The notes beneath the pieces are model-generated. The model saw only the letters and a list, made by a program, of their open reading frames with translations. It was not told where the DNA came from and did not search any database. The translations under genes were made by a program, and so were the position numbers. A DNA stretch of 63,925 nt, counting the filler, from Octopus bimaculoides (lineage: Eukaryota): NCBI RefSeq assembly GCF_001194135.2. It is 7 parts of 5 records of this genome, joined end to end, with 100 filler letters (N's around TTAATTAATTAA, not from the genome) between each part and the next. Parts side by side here need not be neighbours in the genome. Positions count along the whole stretch, not along the records: positions 49,895 to 55,895 come from NC_068996.1; positions 55,996 to 60,817 come from NC_068984.1; positions 60,918 to 63,925 come from NC_068985.1; 4 more parts are not named here. One strand, written 5' to 3'. Shown piece after piece: positions 49,958-63,720 of the stretch (position 1 is the first letter of the stretch; the number at the start of each line of letters is the position of its first letter).

Positions 49958-51849
49958 ATGTAAATGTATATGTATAAGGAATGATACAATCTTAGTTGCC
50001 TGTTTGTGAGTTTCACTTATCGACGCGGCGAGTACATGCTAAACGCTTCAGATAGGTGATCTGGGCGAAACAAATATCGCTGACTGTACCGACAACAGAA
50101 AACTTCTAGTCCGAACCCAGAAATCTAGTAAACCTCTATAACACTATCACATATCCGTATTTACAAATACACATTCACGCATACGTACTTCAATGTAAAG
50201 CTATCATTTGAGACATCGATAACTGAGAGACAGACACACAGAGAACGTAGCTAGCTTATATATCTGTATTTACCAATATTTTTACACAGATTATAAAATA
50301 ATTTTTATACTTATCTTATGTGATTAAGTGTTCAAAGTAATCTTCAAAATTCTGGGGTTTTCAGTAAAATGGGAAATGTAAACAATTAACAGGGACTTTT
50401 TCTATAGATTTTGTAAGCAAAATAAAACTATGGAAACCTTTTCTAAAATTCATTATGTAATATTTTACCATAGTTGTTCTCTAAAATATCGAGTAATGAG
50501 ACTTTATGTCTTTGTTTGATAACAGTTCCTTTCTGATCGGAAAGACTCAAATAATTATATGCGTAAGTTTGAATACATACATACATACATACATACATAC
50601 ATACATACATACACACATACATACACACACATACATACATACATACATACATCCATCCATCCATACATACATACATGTAATCATGCATGCTTGCATACAT
50701 ACATACATACACACACACAAACACACATAGACGCACATACACGCACATACACGCATGCATACCCACAAACATACAAATCTGCACATACATACATACATAC
50801 GTACATACATACATACATACATCTTCTAAGCCTGCAACTCCTCTAGCCTGATTATAAACCCATGGTCATAAATGCCTTTTTCCCGATATAAAGACGCTAG
50901 GATTTTTAGGAAAAGAAAAAGACTAGCAGGGACATACAATCTGTTGGTGGATAAGTAAATATTTGCAGGATTTTCTTTAAAGTTAGACATGTAATAATAA
51001 TGGATGTTATCCGAAATCTAATGATGGAAAAAAGTTAGATTCTTTCTTTGAAACTTGCTCCCCCATTCCAGAAAGAATGCTAAGAAATAGAAAGAAGAAA
51101 AAGCATACATTCATGCATACAAACGTACGTTCGCNNNNNNNNNNNNNNNNNNNNNNNNNNNNNNNNNNNNNNNNNNNNNNNNNNNNNNNNNNNNNNNNNN
51201 NNNNNNNNNNNNNNNNNNNNNNNNNNNNNNNNNNNNNNNNNNNNNNNNNNNNNNNNNNNNNNNNNNNNNNNNNNNNNNNNNNNNNNNNNNNNNNNNNNNN
51301 NNNNNNNNNNNNNNNNNNNNNNNNNNNNNNNNNNNNNNNNNNNNNNNNNNNNNNNNNNNNNNNNNNNNNNNNNNNNNNNNNNNNNNNNNNNNNNNNNNNN
51401 NNNNNNNNNNNNNNNNNNNNNNNNNNNNNNNNNGTTTTATAAAAGCAACGTTCCCCAGATGTCGTGGGAACGGTGAGAGTATACTATTTAATCTCCCTAT
51501 ATATATATATATATATACACATATATGTATATACTATTTAATCTCCCTATATATATATATACTACAGGCTGATACCAGCATCGAGATAACATGAAACCTT
51601 TACCCAGTCATCCAGCATGCTAGAAATAAGAGCCAAATCTACTTCTTTAAAAAAAATAATAATGAAGACCATATGCACATTGGGTATATGGTTTTAGATA
51701 TATGGTCAGATAATACAAGATGGAATGGTCACAGATGGAATGTCTTTGATTATAGGTTTGCTCGATCAGGGATAACCTAGACCAAGTAGAAACATCATTA
51801 AGCTATTGACTCCAGCGCTTGTCCTCACTACCTTGCGTTGTACGCATTA

Positions 51850-52345
51850 CAATCTCTTTTACTGACGTTATCTGGTTACGCATAGATCAGACCGTTCCAG
51901 ATCCATTCTTAAAAGTTCCACGCCCAAGTGTTAGCAACATGCATCCTGGATACTTCACAACAAAGTTTCTCTAAAAACATACACTTAACCTTGAAGCCAT
52001 CTTCCTATAGAGTCATACTAGTTTTGTCTTCTTCAGTAGAGCAAATACACAAATCATTTCATACACCAAGAAAACGTTATACGACTCCCACCCCTAAATA
52101 AGAACTACAAGCAACTGGAACCCTCAGTGACGTTATAAATACCAATCCTTACCATCACTGAGAAATTCTCAGGGCCAACACCCGTTTTCAACATAGCAAG
52201 CTCTGTATCACTAAGCCTGGTTTTCTTTTCAGACTCAACTAACACTTCAATCCCTAACAACCAGTAACCTATCCTCTATAATGCTACGGTGAAACCTTAA
52301 TTAGATTTTTCCTCCAGCATCTGGAGTAGTGTTGCACCTGTACAT
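51850..52345 (+). mobile_element. CR1/L2-type LINE RT C-terminal remnant
   Basis: PILYNATVKP*LDFSSSIWS resembles LYxAxVRPxLEYxSxxW. Confidence 0.5.
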
Positions 52346-52356
52346 AGACGACCTCG

Positions 52357-52630
52357 GGGTGATAGCTCGTGGCTTAGTGGTTAGCGTATTCAGCTCACGA
52401 TCTTAAGGTCGTGAGTTCAATTCCCGGCGGCGCGTTGTGACCTTGAAAAAGACACTTTATTTCAGGTTGTTTCAGTTCGCTCAAGTGTTAAAGATGAGAA
52501 GTACCTGTAATTCAGAGGGCCAGTCTCGTCACATTCTGTGTCACGCTGGATCTTCCAGAGGACTACGTTAAAAGTACGCGTGTCTGTGGAGCGCTCAGCC
52601 ACTTGCGCGTTAATTTCACAAGCAAGCTGT
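52357..52630 (+). mobile_element. SINE with a different tRNA head joined to a family-B 3' body
   Basis: gtggcttagtggttagcgtattcagctcacgat...gtgagttcaattccc head; ctgtgtcacgctg...gctcagccacttgcgcgttaatttcac body. Confidence 0.7.
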
Positions 52631-52986
52631 AATCAACGTACACAGCAATACAAAAGTTATTTCTGGTAGTGAAAACATCGGATGTAACCAAATTGATAAT
52701 TTTATTACAAAAATGTGGTTAGCTCGGCATTATAATTGTCGATTAATCTCATTTCCACATAATACTTGCTATGTAAGTGTCAGTATAGTAATCTAGTTAT
52801 TACAATATCAGTAATTGACGGTGTGTGTATGTGTGTGTATATACATGTGTATATATACATGTGTGCATATGTGTGTGTGTGTGTGCGTGTGTATTTGTAA
52901 ATACATACCCTATATCCTGGCACCCATACGACTCCATCATGGTGATATACATGTACACACACACACACACATACACATACACATAT

Positions 52987-53240
52987 ATTCTTTTATTATT
53001 TTATTTGTTTTCAGCCATTTGACTGCAGCCATGCTGGAGCACCGCCTTATAGGGTCATTTTTTAGTCGAAGAATCGACCCTAGTACTTATTCTTTGTAAG
53101 CTTAGTGCTTATTCTTTGTAAGCTTAGTACTTATTCTATCAGACTGTTTTGCCGAACCGCTAAGTTACGGGACGTAAACTCACCGACATTAGTTGTCAAG
53201 CGATGGGAGGGGGAGAAACAGATACGAAGACACATACATA
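52987..53240 (-). mobile_element. SINE family A, 3' half
   Basis: Reverse-complement match; carries an internal tandem duplication tacttattctttgtaagcttag. Confidence 0.88.
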
Positions 53241-53419
53241 TATATATATACTAGTATTATATTATATTATATTATATTATATTATATTATATTATATTAT
53301 ATTATATCATATATTGTATTGTATTGTATTGTATTATATTAGAGGAAAAATCAAAAACAAGGCAGAGCAAGTATCTCAAGTCATTTAGAATAATTTAATT
53401 AGGGTAAGGTGAATATGAA

Positions 53420-53495
53420 GTCTTATAACTGTTTCTGGGATAACCCAAGTGGTAGGTTAGCATGTCCACACAGAGAGGATTCCGTCATCAGAGAC
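53420..53495 (-). ncRNA. Degenerate hammerhead motif in left foldback arm
   Basis: GTCT-CTGATGA-[49 nt]-GAAAC-AGTT-ATA-AGAC; core intact but GUA>AUA breaks stem III. Confidence 0.55.
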
Positions 53496-54140
53496 AAGGT
53501 ATAAATATTTCAAACGGGGAAAATTTACGGTTTACAAGGAATGAAATTCGCAGTTTATAAGAAATAAAATAGAATAAAGAGTAAAGGTTGTTAGAAGAAT
53601 ATATGCAGGATAATAATGTTCACAACTCGTCTTTTTCCAGAGGATATGCATGTTGGTCGGTACCCTCCATGAAGGTACAGGTCTTTAGTTAAAATCCAGG
53701 TAAATCCAGGTGGCATTTTGGCAGTTTTTGAATGGTTTATTCATATTGTAAATGTGCATATAGAGCAAGAAAGTAAGACAAACATGTGTTTTATGAGTGG
53801 GTATACATGTCTATACCCACTAAACCCATTAATGTCTATCTTAATTGCTCGCTCTATATACACATTTTAAAATATGAATACATCATTCAAAATACTGCCA
53901 AAATACCGCCTGGATTTACCTGGGATTTTAACTAAGGACCTGTAGCTTCATGGAAGTACCGACCAACATCCATATCCTCTGGAAAAAGATGCTCTGTAAA
54001 CATTATTCTCCTGCCTATATTCTTCTAACTACCTTTACTCTTTATTCTTCTATTTACTCCTTTATTCTTCTGTTTTATTCCTTATGAACGGTGAACTTTA
54101 TTCCGTGAAAACTAGATTTTCCCCATCTAAAATATACATT

Positions 54141-54216
54141 GTCTCTAATGACGGAATGCCCAGTATGTGGACATACTAACCTACCACTTGGGTTATCCTA
54201 GAAACTGGTGTAAGAC
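54141..54216 (+). ncRNA. Degenerate hammerhead motif in right foldback arm
   Basis: GTCT-CTAATGA-[49 nt]-GAAAC-TGGT-GTA-AGAC; GUA intact but core G5>A. Confidence 0.55.
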
Positions 54217-54511
54217 TTCAAATTCACCTTACCCTAAATAAATTATTCTGAATGACTTGAGATACTCGTTCTGCCTTGGTTTTTGATTTTTCCTCTAATA
54301 TAATATATACCTACTATAAGGAAACCCTCATACGGATCCATAGATCGAGCCTTAGCTGTGGTCTTGGAACCTAACGGTCGACCAACTATAGCACTTAACG
54401 TACCTATTCGTTTAGATCACAAGTGAACTAAAACCCTCATATTCTTCCTCTCTCTCTCTCTTTCTTTCTCTCTTTCTCTCTCTCTCCCTCTCTCTCTCTC
54501 TNNNNNNNNNN

Positions 54512-54542
<31 letters not shown>

Positions 54543-54633
54543 ATATATATATATACAAACCCACACAAATTTACATGCAAAATATATAACAAAATATGTG
54601 TCAGACAACCAGACGGCTACATACATACATACA

Positions 54634-54667
<34 letters not shown>

Positions 54668-55153
54668 CATACATACATATTTTGGACTATTTTGTATCAG
54701 TTTATCCTTTCGTTTGTAAACGTATCTGTACCAGATTTATTATTATTATTTTTTTTTTGTAAAAGCACACACTGGCTACCATGTTCAGAGAAAGAAGTAA
54801 ATGTTATAATTGGATTTGTAATGATATTTTTTCAGCAAGATTTGTTGATAGACAAGACTTAGATCAGAGGTATCAGCCGCTTTCGACGAGAGATTTTTAA
54901 TCTTCATTATCTGTAAATTATAAGTCGGCGAGCCGTTCAAAATGGGTCTCCGTCAGATTCGAGTATTCAATTGCTTAATCAACAGCAAAACTTATTCATT
55001 GAATTGGTGTCCAGGTGACTGAGTATTCCAAATTAACTACATTGTACTGGATTGATAATAATATGGCATTCACCGAAGACGCCACTCCGTGAGATCGAAA
55101 GGATAACTTCGTGTTACATTTATATATATATATGCATGTATATATGCATACAT

Positions 55154-55194
<41 letters not shown>

Positions 55195-55554
55195 ATACAT
55201 ATTTCTGTGAATTTACGTATAAAAGTTGATATGTGTGNNNNNNNNNNNNNNNNNNNNNNNNNNNNNNNNNNNNNNNNNNNNNNNNNNNNNNNNNNNNNNN
55301 NNNNNNNNNNNNNNNNNNNNNNNNNNNNNNNNNNNNNNNNNNNNNNNNNNNNNNNNNNNNNNNNNNNNNNNNNNNNNNNNNNNNNNNNNNNNNNNNNNNN
55401 NNNNNNNNNNNNNNNNNNNNNNNNAAAGTACAAACTCAGTGAAAACAATTTCGTGAATTTGGTCTACATGCTGGCCTTTTAAATGGTGAGCTAAATGGGG
55501 TGTTTAAGGGCAGAAAAGCAGCCAAGAAAAGAGGTGTCTCTGCATATGCTGGTG

Positions 55555-55592
<38 letters not shown>

Positions 55593-58519
55593 TTGTGTGT
55601 TTGTGTGTGTGCGTGCGCGTGCGCGCTAAACAGTGTCACCTAGTGAGTGCAGTTTTCAACTAACTATCACAATGTTCAATTCCTGAGCCGGACAGTAAGT
55701 TGTGCTTTTGATAATCGCATATATTTCACTTTTTCACATTTTTCTCAGTTAAAAGTTTATAGTAGCTGAATGCTGGCAAAGCCCACTCTCCCTCCATTTT
55801 TTCTACATCCTAATGAGTTGCTGAGTCAAAGGTTGAGAGATTTGAGAAGCTGGCAATGCCAGTTCATACTCGCTCATAAGTGACTGCAAACTAATNNNNN
55901 NNNNNNNNNNNNNNNNNNNNNNNNNNNNNNNNNNNNNNNTTAATTAATTAANNNNNNNNNNNNNNNNNNNNNNNNNNNNNNNNNNNNNNNNNNNNAAGTA
56001 TTTTAAATTCACTTGAATTAGGTACTTAAATTGAAGAACAGAGCCAGTTCGGTATAGTCCGCGCAGCTCAAAGTTAGGTGAACAAAATGCAGATAAGCAA
56101 CAAGGATGTATATACGTATGTATACATGTATGTATACATGTATGTATGCATGTATATATGTGTGTATGTATGTATGTATTTATGTATGTATGTATGCATA
56201 CCTGAATGATTATATCTGTCCTTGCACAATTGTATGTATATTGCCATATTCCTGTATAGATAAGTATGCATATTCGCATGTATTGTTGTACCTGCTTTTG
56301 TGATTAGCGAATGTGTATATGTGTGAGTTTGTGGTTACATGCTTATACATGCCTGTTTATAAACACCTGTATACTTCAACATACAATTTTGTGTGTATGT
56401 GTGTGCAAGTGTATTTTTATGTGTGTGTATTACAAATTGTAGAATATTTCGTTAATACGTTACAACTATTTGTTACGCCATCAAAAGATTCTTCAGGTAA
56501 GGTTGAGCAAGGTCTAGTGTTAATCCTTAGTAGATATTAATTTTGATGAAGGTTCCTGAATGTGGAGAAACTAATCGCTGCAATATAAAATCGGAATAGC
56601 TATCTATTTGATATACATATACATATGTATATATAAATATACATANNNNNNNNNNNNNNNNNNNNNNNNNNNNNNNNNNNNNNNNNNNNNNNNNNNNNNN
56701 NNNNNNNNNNNNNNNNNNNNNNNNNNNNNNNNNNNNNNNNNNNNNNNNNNNNNNNNNNNNNNNNNNNNNNNNNNNNNNNNNNNNNNNNNNNNNNNNNNNN
56801 NNNNNNNNNNNNNNNNNNNNNNNNNNNNNNNNNNNNNNNNNNNNNNNNNNNNNNNNNNNNNNNNNNNNNNNNNNNNNNNNNNNNNNNNNNNNNNNNNNNN
56901 NNNNNNNNNNNNNNNNNNNNNNNNNNNNNNNNNNNNNNNNNNNNNNNNNNNNNNNNNNNNNNNNNNNNNNNNNNNNNNNNNNNNNNNNNNNNNNNNNNNN
57001 NNNNNNNNNNNNNNNNNNNNNNNNNNNNNNNNNNNNNNNNNNNNNNNNNNNNNNNNNNNNNNNNNNNNNNNNNNNNNNNNNNNNNNNNNNNNNNNNNNNN
57101 NNNNNNNNNNNNNNNNNNNNNNNNNNNACATAGACAGACAGACACACACAGATATACGGATAGAGAGAGAGGAAGTGAGACAGAGATAGAGGGAGACAGA
57201 CATCCAGACCGACAGATAGATAGGTAGGTAGGTAGGTGATTATGGGAAGTAGGTTGTTTAGTAAAGAGAGGGGGAGGTACAAAACATTATATTTTTTTTA
57301 AATGGAACGAGACGAGAGAAAGAGAGAAAGAAGTAAAGAATGAAAAACAGGAAAAAATATAGGAAGAAAAATAAGAGGAGAGAGAGAGAGAGTGAGGGGG
57401 AGAAAGAGGAAGACGGAGACATGTGAAAGGGTGGGAGGAAAATGGACAGCAAAACAGTGATGAGGAATGTGGATGATGCGAAAACGGAGGGGGGGGAGCC
57501 TGGTTGGAAGGGTTTGTCCTTTTGCTTGCATGCCACCTGCGCCTCACCACCACCACCACATCGTCATCATCAACTCTACCTCATCAACACCATCACCATG
57601 ATCATCATCATCAACACCATGATCATCATGATCAACATCATCAACATCATCATCATCAAAATAACACCAGAATTTTCTCGGAGTGACTGAGCTTATGAGT
57701 TGCTAAACACACACACATACACACACACACACATACACACACACATACACACACATTTACACACACAGACACACACACATACACATATATTCATACACAC
57801 TACCCCCCCCCAACACACACACACGTANNNNNNNNNNCCCCCCCCCCAACACACACACACGTACATACAGACATATACTTACATACAGACACACACACAC
57901 ATAGTCACACTTACATAGAGACAAACAAGTACAGACACACGTACTTAAAGACACACGCATACATACACACACACACATACACATACATACACACACACAC
58001 ACACATACACACTTCTACACAAACACGCACACACACACACACACNNNNNNNNNNATACATACACACACACACACACACATACATACACACACACACACAT
58101 ACACACTTCTACACAAACACGCACACACACACACATCCATAACTCCTGAAAAACACAATTATATTTGGAAGATTAAGAAAATGGAGGGGGAGGGGGTGAA
58201 GTTTGTTGAATGCTTTGGGAGGAAGGGGAGGAGGAGTGAGTGGAAGTAGGAGGAAAGAGCATGATATGAAGATTAAGGGAAAGAGGGGGAGACCATGGAA
58301 AGAGAATAAATGAGGAGTGAAGGGAGAGGTGGGGTGGGGTGGTGGAATGGATGCCGGAATCGGGAAAAAAGAAAGAAGAGGAGAATGAGGAAACGGAAAG
58401 CAACAACAACAACAACAGCAACAGCAACAATGTATGATATGTGCGAGGAGAAAGAAAGGGAGAGGAAGAGGAAGAGAATCATTGGGGAAAAATGTAGAGG
58501 TGAAGGGGGAAGGAGGAAG

Positions 58520-58605
58520 AGGAGGAGGAGGAGGAGGAGGAGGAGAAGAAGAAGAAGAAGAAGAAGAAGAAGAAGAAGAAGAAGAAGAAGAAGAAGAAGA
58601 AGAAA
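58520..58605. repeat. (GGA)n-(GAA)n polypurine microsatellite
   Basis: Compound trinucleotide array; explains the poly-E/poly-R ORFs. Confidence 0.95.
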
Positions 58606-59089
58606 GCGGTGGTGGTGGTGGTGATGATGATGATGATGGAGGTGGTGGTGGTGTTGCTGCTGCTTGTAGTGGCGCTAGTAGTGGTGGTGATGGAGGTGCT
58701 GCTTCTTATGTAGTCCAACAAAATAGCGTGAAACAGGTGTAGAGAGAGGAAAGAGATTATCATGAGACTGTTTATTATTATTATTATTATTAGTAGTAGT
58801 AGTAGTAGTAGTAGCAGTAGTAGTACAATTATTTTCTATATTATTCATTGTTTTGAATTAATTACTATTACGATGCTGTCTTTGCTGCNNNNNNNNNNNN
58901 NNNNNNNNNNNNNNNNNNNNNNNNNNNNNNNNNNNNNNNNNNNNNNNNNNNNNNNNNNNNNNNNNNNNNNNNNNNNNNNNNNNNNNNNNNNNNNNNNNNN
59001 NNNNNNNNNNNNNNNNNNNNNNNNNNNNNNNNNNNNNNNNNNNNNNNNNNNNNNNNNNNNNNNNNNNNNNNNNNNNNNNNNNNNNNNNN

Positions 59090-59178
<89 letters not shown>

Positions 59179-59722
59179 ATGAGTTTGTCCATTTATTCGT
59201 TAATTTATCTTCGTATACCTATCTAATTTTATATATATATGCATATATACATATGTATATATATTTATATATGTAAATATATATATATATGTATATATAC
59301 GTGTGTATATATATATTATATGCATATGCGTATGTATACATATATTTATGCAAATAAGTATACATATCAATGTATGTATATTATACATACATACACACAC
59401 ACACACACACGCACACATGTTTTTTGTATGTGTTTGTGGGTGTGTTTGTGCGTGCGTGTGTGTGTATTTATAGTGGTTATAGTGCTAACCGTTTCTCTGA
59501 TGATAGACCTATTACTCTGCCTGTCTCCCACCCACTCATAGACACACACGCGCGCCATGTCCATCTGTCTCCCTGTGGAATGTAGTAAAGTCCATCGATT
59601 TGTCCCTGTTCATGTGTAACTGTCCTATTTATTCCGATTCTAGCTGTTACCTACTCCGAGGTTAATCACCTCACGTACGTAGACTCACACACACACACAC
59701 ACAGACACACACATACACAGAT

Positions 59723-59768
<46 letters not shown>

Positions 59769-60462
59769 ATGCACATACTACAAAAATGCACACATGCGTA
59801 CACATATACACAGTCACAGAAACGGTTAAACAGCAAATGCGGCACATGTGACATATATTACCAAACACACCAGTGTTGCAGAATTAAGAAGCGATGCAAT
59901 GACTGCTGTCACAGTCAAACTGTCCAGTGCCATTAAACAGCTCCCTCAACTTTGTTATCATCGACTTGGTAATAATAACCAAGTCGTTTGATAGCGTGTT
60001 CGATCCCAGAACACAGCACCTTGTTGCAAGTGTTGTTTTTTTTTTTATCTTAGCCTCACCTTCATTAATAATTGGAAAGAAGAAAATAGGGACAGTGTGC
60101 GGAATCATGCTGTATGTGTGTGTATGTGCGTGTGTGTGTGTATTATATAACTGTGTGCTTATGCAAATAGGTGTATACATCGACATATATACGCATATTC
60201 ATAAAGGCATATGTACATATACATTATATACATACACACACACACACACACATACACACACATTGTTAGCACGCCGGACAAACTGTTTAGTACCATTTTT
60301 CTCCGACTTCTTTATACGTTCTGTTCAAATTTCGCCGCGGTCGAATTTGCGTTTCGCTCTTTTGGGATCGATAAAATAAATACCAGTTGAGCACTGAGGT
60401 CGATGCAATTGACTGCAACCCTCACTTGCAATTGCTGGCATTGTGCCAAAATATGAAACCAC

Positions 60463-60498
<36 letters not shown>

Positions 60499-60917
60499 CA
60501 TCATCATCATCATTATCTTCATCTTCATCATCATCATCATTGTTATTATTATCATTATTATCATTATTATTATTATCATTATTATTATCATTATCATCAT
60601 TATTATTAATTGAATGACGCCGTCTCTTCCTCTTCCTCTTCCTCCGCTTTCTCATCGACATCATTGTAATCGCCGTGTCCATCAATAGCAGAGTTATTCC
60701 TTTGAAGTTTACATACCAACCCTAACCCTACCCACCCCCACCCCCCACGTGAGTCCAACAAGGCTCCCCCTTACTCCACGTTTCATCCTCTCCCTCTCCA
60801 TCTACACACACACCCCTNNNNNNNNNNNNNNNNNNNNNNNNNNNNNNNNNNNNNNNNNNNNTTAATTAATTAANNNNNNNNNNNNNNNNNNNNNNNNNNN
60901 NNNNNNNNNNNNNNNNN

Positions 60918-61033
60918 GTGGAACTTTAGGTGTTTTCGCTCAATAAACACTCACAACGCCCGGTCTGGGAATCGAAACCGCGACCCTATGACCGCGAGTC
61001 CGCTGCCCTAACCACTGGGCCATTGCACCTCCT
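60918..61033 (-). mobile_element. SINE family B, 5' head
   Basis: gggaatcgaaaccgcgaccctatgaccgcgagtccgctgccctaaccactgggccattgcacctcc. Confidence 0.88.
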
Positions 61034-61049
61034 AGACAGACAGACAGAC

Positions 61050-61118
<69 letters not shown>

Positions 61119-61946
61119 TTAAAGAGTGAAAGGTGGAGATGGATGGATAACATAACTAGGAGCAGCACTAACCAGTATTTTCTTTTTTTTACAACTATTT
61201 CATGCTTTATACATTTTAGTAGGCTGAATCTAGTTGATAATTTTCGACCCTTGTACTTATCCGCTTACTGATTTATCGATCCCGAAGTCGACCCCCGACA
61301 GAATTTTATTTCAGAATATCGAGAGTCGTAAAAATATAAAAGAAAAACCAGGAGAAAGGTATTCCGGTGCTGTTTTACTTTCACCAGAAGACATCTGTTA
61401 TCAAAAACTCCTTATAAATATATTCAATTGTATTTAAAAGTTTTCTTTCTTCTTCTTTGGTCCTGCTGAAATGTACCCACATATACATAAACAGTCCAAC
61501 ATATACATGTATATTATACATATAAGACAAAGCATAAATAAAATATTTAAAAAATACAAATAAAACCCCCTAAACTATTCAATGTTCTCATGAATACCAA
61601 ATCTAGTGGCACACAGCATGGGACTTTTTGACCGCAAACTAATGAATAGTTTTCTTTTGTTCACATTTGCTCTGAATAAGTCAGTCACCAATGCTGGTAG
61701 CCAAATATTCAATTGTGTTTCCATATGAGCCCATCTTTAATTGGTTCTAAATTAAGAACAGATTCGTTTATTCTTATCATTAACCATTTCTTTGCGCACC
61801 TAATGCTTTCGGAAAAGGCATGAATACCTCACCAAAAACTTAACTCTCGCCCTCTTCCTTTTCTCCTTTTCTCTAACTACGAAGCAATATACCTAAGAAA
61901 CTTTATTCCCCCCAACGCTGCGGAGAGCACTATGTCATTTCTATGA

Positions 61947-62458
61947 TTCTCTTTACTCTTTTACTCTTTTACTTGTTTCAGTCATTTGACTGTGGCCATG
62001 CTGAAGCATCGCCTTTTAGTCGAGCTAATCGACCCCAGGACTTATTCTTTGTAAGCCTAGTACTTATTCTATCGGCCTCTTTAGCCGAACCGTTAAGTTA
62101 CGGGGACGTAAANNNNNNNNNNNNNNNNNNNNNNNNNNNNNNNNNNNNNNNNNNNNNNNNNNNNNNNNNNNNNNNNNNNNNNNNNNNNNNNNNNNNNNNN
62201 NNNNNNNNGGGGGGGGGGGGGGCAAACACAGACACACAAACATACACACACACATACATATATAAATATAAATATATAAATATATAAATCCACTCACAAG
62301 GCTTTGGGCGGCCCGAGGCTATAGTAGAAGACACTTGCCCAAGGTGCCACGCAGTGGGACTGAACCCGGAACCATGTGGTTGGTAAGCAAGCTACTTACC
62401 ACGCAGCCACTCCTACGCCTATGCAAGCTACTTACCACACAGCCACTCCTACGCCTGT
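61947..62458 (-). mobile_element. SINE family A spanning a gap, with duplicated 5' head
   Basis: Reverse-complement match; gcaagctacttaccac.cagccactcctacgcct occurs twice in tandem. Confidence 0.88.
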
Positions 62459-62459
62459 G

Positions 62460-62760
62460 TAAAATATTCCAACAGTATTGCCTAAATAATGCTAGCATCA
62501 ACTTTAAAATTCACCATTGGTTTGATCCCTGTGCCATCCGTACTCTGCAAAAATCATTCTCGTGTCACATCACAACACTAAGACAGAACTATTTCACTTC
62601 AACTGGCCGTACCCTCCTTAATATCTTGCCAAGACAGAAGAAAAAGATCTCATAACATACAAAGGGTTCCTGGACAAATATGTCCAACAATTTCCAGGTA
62701 AACCACCTACGCCCAGATATATCTCTGCAAACAATAACTCTTTACACCAATGCACTATGG
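62460..62760 (+). mobile_element. CR1/L2-type LINE 3' end remnant
   Basis: TLRQNYFTSTGRTLLNILP and FLDKYVQQFPGKPPTPRYISANNNSL resemble GPxLFNxLP...LDxFLxxIPDxPxxPGY..NSL. Confidence 0.65.
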
Positions 62761-63599
62761 TACCTAAAGAATGACTATAATATGAAACATCAATAAATGG
62801 TGGTGCTATTAAGTTAGCTATGACCTTGGCCAATTTTAGCCGAAACTTTTCTGACGTTTTCTAAGAATTCATAAATAATGTGATAACGTGGAGAAGGAAG
62901 ATTGGCGGAAAAACTAAAGCATTAGATAAGAGATAGTATCGTGTTTAGTTATGATTCTATACGTTTTCCTTCTCAGCCTGTTGAAGCAGAGCTTTCATCA
63001 AAGGCTTCCCACTTGCAACTACCATATTTTTTTCAAGTAGAATATCTTGGACTACATTACGCATTGTATTCTTCATTAAAACACACACAGAAACTATTAT
63101 TTGAAAGAGATTTTACAGATATTTCTAGCAAATCGAGTGACCACCTAAAAGCTACATCATTAACCAGAACAAGCAGCTAAAAATTCATTCTTATTCTACA
63201 TAACTTTTATTTCGTACTGTTACATGGCCATGTCTATAGATATATCACTGTTATCCTATTTATATTTCGGGATCTTAGAAACAGACATCAGTTATCTTAC
63301 TACATTTATTATATATAAAGCATTTCCTCATCGTCTCACATGCTCCTTCTTACAATACGTTATCTCAGTGGTTATTACCCATATCCATTATCTATATTGC
63401 TGTCTGTGTGATTGATATGGTGTCCTTCTGTGACTGCCAATCTATCCCATAATTCTAAGCCAATCCATATTCAATGTTTAAATGAAATACTGCAGCCAAT
63501 TAAAAGAAAGGATTCGTTGGTAACTATTCCAACACCTGCGTCAATGAGAATTGAATGCGCTAATCATGCCAATGCATAACAGCGATCCTTCTCTCTCTG

Positions 63600-63691
<92 letters not shown>

Positions 63692-63720
63692 CCTCGCTCT
63701 CTCTCCCTCGCTCTCTCTCT
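63600..63720. repeat. (CT)n microsatellite
   Basis: Dinucleotide array. Confidence 0.95.

Larger units (their letters stand above)
53332..54305. repeat. ~970-bp imperfect inverted repeat (foldback), centre 53806-53811
   Basis: agaggaaaaatcaaaaacaaggcagagcaagtatctcaagtcatt is mirrored by aatgacttgagatactcgttctgccttggtttttgatttttcctct; apex agtgggtata-catgtc-tatacccact. Confidence 0.93.

Noticed and set aside
55445-55760. Splice-like sites (aatg|gtgagc, gaca|gtaagt, tttctcag|)
   Set aside because: No coherent open reading chain; cannot be supported without RNA data.
62960-63190. Minus-strand frame MKNTMRNVVQDILLEKNMVVASGKPLMKALLQQAEKENV
   Set aside because: Protein-like but short, unrecognised, and without convincing splice context.
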